A stretch of 64,000 nucleotides of DNA. Origin: a virus. Positions 1 to 5,140 of the stretch are shown here, one piece after another. The position numbers were made by a program, and so were the translations under genes. The stretch spans positions 43,597-107,596 of the IMG/VR virus record IMGVR_UViG_3300044613_003659; one strand, 5' to 3'. The first letter of the stretch is position 1; every line of letters starts with the position of its first letter. The notes beneath the pieces are model-generated. The model searched no databases. It was given only the letters and a program-made list of their open reading frames with translations, and had not been told where the DNA came from.

Positions 1-154
1 GTCTTTGTGTACTGATCTTTTGATCCACTAGAACAATACACTGGCTAGCAACTAGGCGCCCAAATTCAAGTATTTCCTCATCGGAGTTCAAATCAATATC
101 ATACACTTCTACACCTACACTGGCGCTATAATTCTTTAACGCACGAATTTTCAT
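1..154 (-). CDS. TauD/TfdA-like 2-oxoglutarate dioxygenase, N-terminal part (runs off the window)
   Basis: ATG at 154 with GAGGA upstream. MKIRALKNYSASVGVEVYDIDLNSDEEILEFGRLVASQCIVLVDQ resembles TauD-family N-termini. Confidence 0.5.
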   Translation of the reverse strand, partial: MKIRALKNYSASVGVEVYDIDLNSDEEILEFGRLVASQCIVLVDQKISTQR

Positions 155-331
155 AACATTATCCTCTTAAAATTTTTTTTGTAGGCTAGCAGCAATCTGC
201 ATACGGACGGCGTTCTACATGTAACACAGTAGTAAAAGGGTCGTACCCTAAGCGTCATAGTGATACCGACGTCAACTGTTGTTGGCGTTGCAAAATTATT
301 TATAATTAATTGTGTGTAATAAAAAAATACT

Positions 332-408
332 TGGTACCCACTCCTGGAATCGAACCAGGGACCCCAACCTTATCAAGATTGTGCTCTAACCGACTGAGCT
401 AAGTGGGC
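332..408 (-). tRNA. tRNA-Ile(GAT)
   Basis: Cloverleaf GCCCACT...AGTGGGT-A-CCA, anticodon loop TT-GAT-AA, T loop TTCGATT. Confidence 0.95.
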
Positions 409-409
409 A

Positions 410-484
410 TGGCCGGTCCGGACAGATTCGAACTGCCGACAGCTGGTTTCGAAGACCAGAACTCTTCCGCTGAGCTACGGACCG
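410..484 (-). tRNA. tRNA-Arg(TCG)
   Basis: CGGTCCG...CGGACCG-G-CCA, anticodon arm CTGGT-CTTCGAA-ACCAG, T loop TTCGAAT. Confidence 0.92.
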
Positions 485-514
485 TTAAATAAAAGTATGC
501 TTGGTAAATTAATA

Positions 515-591
515 TGTTGGGTCTGGATGGATTTGAACCAACTACCTCCGTGTTGTTTGCACGGTGCTCTACCAGATTGAGCTACAGACCT
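515..591 (-). tRNA. Atypical or pseudo tRNA, nominal anticodon AAC (Val)
   Basis: D arm GCTC-AATCTGGTA-GAGC, anticodon arm CCGTG-CAAACAA-CACGG, T loop TTCAAAT. Has A33 instead of U33, an A1:C72 mismatch and a 3' ACA end. Confidence 0.6.
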
Positions 592-668
592 CCCCGGTCC
601 GGGAACTAATTCTCCTGCAACCGGTACAATATTTATAGGACAACAATTTACATAGTTCGAGAACTTAT

Positions 669-1370
669 ATGACATTACACATCATTGGACACAGTATGAC
701 AATCGGGCATCATTGTCATGAATCACAGTCAAATCGAAATTTACCTACAACATTCAGTGACATGTTGATAGAAAAATATCGTGATCAATTTGATGTTCAA
801 GTGCATTCCTACAGACAATGTTCTGAAGAACGAATTTTACAGATTGTAAGAACAATAAAGTCGCCCATCGATAAAGTGATTATTTTCCATTCCCACCCGT
901 CATTTGTTTATTTTCCTAGTTTTGATCGAGACATTGGATGCATAGATGATATAGAATATATACAAAGTTTAGATATTGTATGTTACTATAATTACTGTAA
1001 ACCCGGAAAACCATTTGACCCTAACGATAAGCTTTCTAGACCCATATCCGGCTCTGAGTTCGTGCAGATATATAAAACAGTTATGAACTACACGGTGTCA
1101 GCTGATGTTTCACAAAAACGTTTCAATGGAGCAATACTACAAATTGATCAACTGCTAACAGTTAGAAAAATTCCTGTGATACATTGTCCAATGGCCAAAA
1201 CATTACCAGTCTGGTTTAATTTTTCTTCTGGCATTACAGATAACGAGTTGAGTATCATCGACTCGGGTAAACATAATATAGGGTACCAAAGATCTTTAAA
1301 CGCTATTGATAATGAAGGGAATACAATTATCTTTAATAAATTATCAGAATATATTGACAATTTAACTTAA
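669..1370 (+). CDS. Hypothetical protein (possible SGNH-like fold), antisense within the tRNA array
   Basis: 233-aa ORF; N-terminal HIIGHS resembles the GDS block. Confidence 0.6.
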   Translation: MTLHIIGHSMTIGHHCHESQSNRNLPTTFSDMLIEKYRDQFDVQVHSYRQCSEERILQIVRTIKSPIDKVIIFHSHPSFVYFPSFDRDIGCIDDIEYIQSLDIVCYYNYCKPGKPFDPNDKLSRPISGSEFVQIYKTVMNYTVSADVSQKRFNGAILQIDQLLTVRKIPVIHCPMAKTLPVWFNFSSGITDNELSIIDSGKHNIGYQRSLNAIDNEGNTIIFNKLSEYIDNLT

Positions 1371-1446
1371 TGGTGCCGGCTCCTGGTTACGCTCCAGGCC
1401 ATTATGCTCTTCAGGCATACGCTTCCACTAGGTTAGCTTAGACGGC
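1371..1446 (-). tRNA. tRNA-Phe(GAA) with non-canonical T loop
   Basis: Anticodon arm TATGC-CTGAAGA-GCATA, CCA end, T arm CCTGG-AGCGTAA-CCAGG. Confidence 0.85.
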
Positions 1447-1447
1447 A

Positions 1448-1523
1448 TGGGGTGTCCGACCGGTATCGATCCGGTACTACCAGTTTCACAGACTAGTGTG
1501 CAGGCCACTACACTACGGACACC
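1448..1523 (-). tRNA. tRNA-His(GTG)
   Basis: Encoded G-1:C73 pair, loop CT-GTG-AA, T loop ATCGATA, CCA end. Confidence 0.9.
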
Positions 1524-1525
1524 AC

Positions 1526-1600
1526 TGGTAGGGGATGAGGGATTCGAACCCCCGCATGGCGGAATCAAAATCCGCTGTCTTACCGCTTGACGAATCCCCA
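1526..1600 (-). tRNA. tRNA-Gln(TTG)
   Basis: Anticodon arm GCGGA-TTTTGAT-TCCGC, T loop TTCGAAT, CCA end. Confidence 0.93.
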
Positions 1601-1601
1601 A

Positions 1602-1751
1602 TTAACTTGGTATGACTTTTGGAATGTAAGGAACATTCCTGGGCCCGTGACGTTGTTCAAACAACATTCTTGCTTCTTGCAAATCTTTTGCGTACACACG
1701 ATCTTTTTGATCACCTTGCGGTGTTCTTACTGTAGTTTCATACATTGGCAT
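1602..1751 (-). CDS. Small hypothetical protein (49 aa, MPMYETTVRTPQG...)
   Basis: AGGAG Shine-Dalgarno before ATG 1751. The longer track start overlaps a structured RNA. Confidence 0.7.
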   Translation of the reverse strand: MPMYETTVRTPQGDQKDRVYAKDLQEARMLFEQRHGPRNVPYIPKVIPS

Positions 1752-1765
1752 TACCGTCTCCTTGT

Positions 1766-1864
1766 ACCATATAGAAACACACTGTGGGATTCGAACCCTC
1801 ACTCTCGGCATCAGAGAGCATTACCACCCGTCGTGCCCTTCGGCTCAATGTGTTTTTATATGGT
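1766..1864 (-). ncRNA. tRNA-like structured RNA with a long closing helix
   Basis: ACCATATAAAAACACA pairs with TGTGTTTCTATATGGT. Inside are the hairpin CTCTC-TGATGCC-GAGAG and a T arm GGG-TTCGAAT-CCC. Confidence 0.6.
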
Positions 1865-1937
1865 GGGTGCGGTGAGATTCGAACTCACGACTCTCTGATT
1901 AAAAGTCAGATACTCTAACCAACTGAGTTACGCACCC
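1861..1937 (-). tRNA. tRNA-Lys(TTT)
   Basis: GGGTGCG...CGCACCC-A-CCA, loop CT-TTT-AA, T loop TTCGAAT. Confidence 0.95.
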
Positions 1938-1975
1938 TTACGTTTGGGACCGCCGTCCGTCTTGTCACTGTCCAT
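1928..1975 (-). CDS. 15-aa mini-ORF MDSDKTDGGPKRKGA overlapping the 5' end of tRNA-Lys
   Basis: AAGGAG-ACAT-ATG, immediately downstream of a sigma70-like promoter. Confidence 0.45.
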   Translation of the reverse strand: MDSDKTDGGPKRKGA

Positions 1976-1993
1976 ATGTCTCCTTAAAAATAT

Positions 1994-2022
1994 ATTTTAC
2001 ATCTATTTTACATTACGGTCAA
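1994..2022 (-). promoter_or_regulatory. Sigma70-like promoter internal to the tRNA array
   Basis: TTGACC-N17-TAAAAT. Confidence 0.6.
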
Positions 2023-2090
2023 CCATTACTAAAATTACTATTGTAAAAAATAATACTGTCAAAGCCCCATTTTGGTTTCCTCCTAAAAAA

Positions 2091-2267
2091 TTATTTAAAT
2101 GGAATACACCCTGCACTCGCTCTATAGTTTTCAATTTGAATAGTTTTTACTGCCTGATCTCGAGCCCTAATACAAGATTCGTAGTTTGGGAATTTCGCTT
2201 GAATACTACCGCTACTGGTTGGCAACTCAGATGTATTACTCCATAATGAAATTACCAGAATCCACAT
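2091..2267 (-). CDS. Small hypothetical protein (58 aa, MWILVISLW...C...C)
   Basis: AAGGAGG SD. Same layout as ORF 39219-39428 (hydrophobic N-terminus, FPxxExC motif). Confidence 0.7.
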   Translation of the reverse strand: MWILVISLWSNTSELPTSSGSIQAKFPNYESCIRARDQAVKTIQIENYRASAGCIPFK

Positions 2268-2286
2268 ACAGCCTCCTTGTTGTATT

Positions 2287-2381
2287 TGGTAGTAGGCCAG
2301 GGATTCGAACCCTGTCGTTCCAGCCCATCTAGCCAGTCTCCACGGTTTATAAGTCCGCGCCGCATACCAATGCTGCCTACC
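2287..2381 (-). tRNA. tRNA with TAT anticodon (Ile, AUA) and long variable arm
   Basis: GGTAGGC/GCCTACT-A-CCA, short D arm GCAT-TGGT-ATGC, loop CT-TAT-AA, about 26-nt variable region, CAGGG-TTCGAAT-CCCTG. Confidence 0.85.
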
Positions 2382-2384
2382 ATT

Positions 2385-2460
2385 TCAGCACACTCTGGTT
2401 GTCCAAAAGACCTCCTTCTCATCGTCACGGGACAAGAACGATATTCGTCCAAAGTGTATG
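2385..2460 (-). ncRNA. Putative structured RNA abutting tRNA(TAT)
   Basis: Closing helix ACACTTTGG/CCAGAGTGT; inner helices ACGA/TCGT and TTGTCC/GGACAA. Confidence 0.45.
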
Positions 2461-2554
2461 ATTGAGCAGACTAGTGGCTACGGTGATAGCACGACTGCTG
2501 TCCAAGCAGCTGGGATTACAAGGCCCCCGATACTCTTCTAATCTGTTCAATCAT
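2458..2554 (-). ncRNA. Putative four-way-junction RNA
   Basis: 17-bp closing helix ATGATTGAACAGATTAG/CTAGTCTGCTCAATCAT (one G-U pair, one mismatch) enclosing three hairpins. Confidence 0.55.
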
Positions 2555-2653
2555 TCCCGTTTTACTAAGCCGTTACCGCCGGCAGGTTCATCAAGGGCTC
2601 CGCCCGTTTAGCAATTTATAGTGCTGCTGCGGCCTCGTTCCGCTTACACTTTG

Positions 2654-2821
2654 TTATCTATGTCGCTTAGTTAGACGACGTAATTCTTCATTTGTTTCCA
2701 ATTGCTCACGCAATCTTTTCATTTTACCTTTAACTAATTGTTCAAGTAACTTATCGTTAAAAACAAAATTACGTTCTTCTAACTTTTTTTGAAACGACAG
2801 TATATCTTGTTCGTTCGTCAT
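2654..2821 (-). CDS. 55-aa charged, helical hypothetical protein (MTNEQDILSFQKKLEER...), first gene after the attenuator
   Basis: AGGAAG before ATG 2821; open to TAA at 2654. Confidence 0.65.
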   Translation of the reverse strand: MTNEQDILSFQKKLEERNFVFNDKLLEQLVKGKMKRLREQLETNEELRRLTKRHR

Positions 2822-2831
2822 CGCTTCCTTT

Positions 2832-2870
2832 ATAAAACAAAAACCCCAGGGTTTTGAGTCCTGGGGTTTT
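2832..2870 (-). terminator. Intrinsic terminator of the putative attenuator
   Basis: AAAACCCCAGG-ACTCAAAAC-CCTGGGGTTTTTGTTTTAT. Confidence 0.85.
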
Positions 2871-2889
2871 ATAGAATTTAATTACAACC

Positions 2890-3009
2890 TTAGATTCTAT
2901 GATCCCCCCAGGCACGATTACTATCACCGCGTGTAATCATAACCCAATAGGCTATTAGCCCAAATTCGGGTTGTGATTTAAATGAGCAATGTAATTGTAC
3001 TTGGTTCAT
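2890..3009 (-). CDS. Putative attenuator leader peptide (39 aa) containing all 20 amino acids
   Basis: MNQVQLHCSFKSQPEFGLIAYWVMITRGDSNRAWGDHRI*. Its 3' end forms the antiterminator strand. Confidence 0.7.
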   Translation of the reverse strand: MNQVQLHCSFKSQPEFGLIAYWVMITRGDSNRAWGDHRI

Positions 3010-3019
3010 AATAGTTTCT

Positions 3020-3048
3020 ATACTACATTTATTTATCTTTGTAGTCAA
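3020..3048 (-). promoter_or_regulatory. Sigma70-like promoter of the leader/tRNA operon
   Basis: TTGACT-N17-TAGTAT, 10 nt before the leader ATG. The spacer also contains ATAAATA. Confidence 0.7.
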
Positions 3049-3058
3049 CCTGATTTGA

Positions 3059-3086
3059 TAAAAAAGCCCGATAGTTGGGCTTTTTT
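3059..3086 (-). terminator. Terminator after pqqA
   Basis: AAAAAAGCCC-AACTATC-GGGCTTTTTT. Confidence 0.75.
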
Positions 3087-3109
3087 ATTTTTAAAAAGTT
3101 AACAATGAA

Positions 3110-3184
3110 TTAACGATTTGCAATATACATAGTGATTTCAAAACCAAAACGCATATCATTTGCTTGTGGTGTAGTCCATGCCAT
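3110..3184 (-). CDS. pqqA: PQQ precursor peptide PqqA
   Basis: MAWTTPQANDMRFGFEITMYIANR with the conserved E-x-x-x-Y motif; AAGGAG SD; below the ORF-track size cutoff. Confidence 0.93.
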   Translation of the reverse strand: MAWTTPQANDMRFGFEITMYIANR

Positions 3185-3284
3185 TTTATTTCTCCTTGAT
3201 TAAAATTAACATACTGCACAAGTATGTATCACGATTATACCTTATGTTGCGGTGCATTTGCATCCATGGCATCATGATTTTGTA

Positions 3285-3476
3285 CTAGTGATTTTCTTTA
3301 GCACCAGTGCCCCATTTTAGTTTTAACCACAATCTTTCGTGTATATAGTGAGCTATAGTCATAAAAATATTAATTACTATAGCACCACTCAAACCTGTCC
3401 ATACTGCTGTAACTAATGTAGCTACTATACGCCATGTTATCGCTCTGATAATTGTTCTTTTATGTGTTTCTGTCAA
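3285..3476 (-). CDS. DUF2061-like small membrane protein
   Basis: ETHKRTIIRAITWRIVAT...YIHERLW pattern. Confidence 0.75.
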   Translation of the reverse strand: MTETHKRTIIRAITWRIVATLVTAVWTGLSGAIVINIFMTIAHYIHERLWLKLKWGTGAKENH

Positions 3477-3514
3477 TTGTTTCTCCTAAAAAAAAGCCCC
3501 TTTCGGGGCAAATA

Positions 3515-3910
3515 TTATTTTGTTAGCTTACCTAACATTCGATATCCTTTTGCTGTTGGATGCACACCATCGGGTGATAGTTCAGGTATATTTATAAAAG
3601 TATCGCCATAACTTCGAGCAATCTTTTGTACTATTTCTTGTTTTTGTGGTTGATTGGCAGGCACAATCCAAAACACTCGATCAGATTTTACGCTATGCCT
3701 CAGTGCCACTAGCTCTATTTGTGTATTAAGTAATCTGTAGTCATTGCTGCCCAAACTGATAATTGTAGTCTGGGCAGGTTTGACTTTTCTTATATAGATG
3801 TTGTTCCAATCATGACTGTTAATACCACTTTGTGCATAGGTTACACATTCGGTTCTAACTTGACCAATACCTTTGGCGATACTGTCACCTACTATCAAAC
3901 ATTCTAACAT
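3515..3910 (-). CDS. SGNH/GDSL hydrolase-like protein
   Basis: GDSIA, SLGSND and DGVHP blocks. Confidence 0.8.
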   Translation of the reverse strand: MLECLIVGDSIAKGIGQVRTECVTYAQSGINSHDWNNIYIRKVKPAQTTIISLGSNDYRLLNTQIELVALRHSVKSDRVFWIVPANQPQKQEIVQKIARSYGDTFINIPELSPDGVHPTAKGYRMLGKLTK

Positions 3911-3920
3911 ACCACTCCTA

Positions 3921-4523
3921 TCAAGACAAAGTTAAACTAGGTTGACTATCAAAGTCTCGAATTAAACTTTGTACAGTATTGGCATATACCTGAGTACTGT
4001 GAGAGTAATCAGCATGATCCACACCAACAGTCAATGCAGTTTGGTTGTCGCGCAGTGTCTTGATCATGTCTGCAGTTAGTTCAAAACGTAAAAAATGCAC
4101 TGCTGCTGTTTTAACTTCGTTGCTACGATCAAGATCTTCGTCTGCAATTGCATACACAGGATCATGACCTTCTACTCGAACATACACACGGTCTTCAACT
4201 CCGCGTAGTCGAGCCAACTGTTGTTGTCTTACTGCAGGATCACCGTATTCAAGAGTGAGAGTAGCTTTTAGATTGGTACCTGTGGGAATCAATGGATTGT
4301 ATGCATCAAGTTCATCCTGGATTCCCTGCTTACTAAAAGTACGCTCAATCAACAGCATCTCTTGAATCTGATATTGAACTGTAACACGATCCTCAAAGTG
4401 CAAGGTCATGTTCATGCCCAATTTGATCTGCCTACGCTTACGGTGTTCTACAGCCAGACGCTTGTAGTCTGGACGTTTTGAACTGTACTGTTCAAGAGAA
4501 TGTAGGTCTTGATGTGTAAGCAT
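3921..4523 (-). CDS. DUF3501 family protein (rubrerythrin-associated)
   Basis: FEDRVTVQYQIQEML...YNPLIP...AVHFLRF; adjacent to rubrerythrin. Confidence 0.85.
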   Translation of the reverse strand: MLTHQDLHSLEQYSSKRPDYKRLAVEHRKRRQIKLGMNMTLHFEDRVTVQYQIQEMLLIERTFSKQGIQDELDAYNPLIPTGTNLKATLTLEYGDPAVRQQQLARLRGVEDRVYVRVEGHDPVYAIADEDLDRSNEVKTAAVHFLRFELTADMIKTLRDNQTALTVGVDHADYSHSTQVYANTVQSLIRDFDSQPSLTLS

Positions 4524-4524
4524 A

Positions 4525-4959
4525 TTAGGCACTTTCAGCACGATAGGTGTCTAGAGTTTTCTTGAACTTGCCAGCATGGCTACGCTCGGCCTTGGCCAAT
4601 GTGTCAAACCAGTCAGCAATTTCGTCAAAGCCTTCGTCTCTGGCATCACGAGCCATACCCGGATACATATCGGTATATTCGTGTGTTTCGCCATGGATAG
4701 CACTTTCTAGAGCCTGTACGATATCACCAGCTGGCAAACCAGTTTCTGGATCGCCTGAACCGCCGGCAATTAGATATTCCATGTGACCATGTGCATGACC
4801 TGTTTCACCTTCTGCGGTATGACGGAAGATGTTGGCTACGTCAGTTGCACCAGCGATGTCGGCCATGTTTGCGAAATACAAATAGCGACGATTGGCCTTT
4901 GATTCACCTGCAAAAGCATCTTTCAAATGCTGTTCTGTTTTAGTTCCTGTAATTTTCAT
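4525..4959 (-). CDS. Short-chain rubrerythrin
   Basis: [34 protein letters not shown] and AERSHA di-iron motifs; AGGAG before ATG 4959. Confidence 0.93.
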   Translation of the reverse strand: MKITGTKTEQHLKDAFAGESKANRRYLYFANMADIAGATDVANIFRHTAEGETGHAHGHMEYLIAGGSGDPETGLPAGDIVQALESAIHGETHEYTDMYPGMARDARDEGFDEIADWFDTLAKAERSHAGKFKKTLDTYRAESA

Positions 4960-5140
4960 TTTGATCTCCTTGTTGAAAAAGTGTTGCATTGCATTATATT
5001 ATATATGACTATTAGGCCTATTGTCAACTCGTTTTTAATAGTTTTTTTATGAATATTTTTTTATTGTTCTAATAGAAAAAATCTAAGTCCGTGTTGTCCA
5101 ATAAATATTTGTGCTTAAGGCTTTCAATTATGGGTGATAA

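Noticed and set aside
2055-2085. SD plus minigene ATG GGG CTT TGA C, resembling the prfB +1 frameshift site
   Set aside because: There is no correctly spaced internal SD and the +1 frame closes after about 13 codons. It could be a minigene, but support is insufficient.
2099-2244. Imperfect inverted repeat suggesting another ncRNA
   Set aside because: It lies entirely within the SD-led 58-aa CDS 2091-2267.
475-2465. Track ORFs 475-675, 1587-1898, 1944-2246, 2252-2452 and 2277-2465
   Set aside because: They overlap tRNAs, structured RNAs or better-supported opposite-strand ORFs and lack SD sequences.
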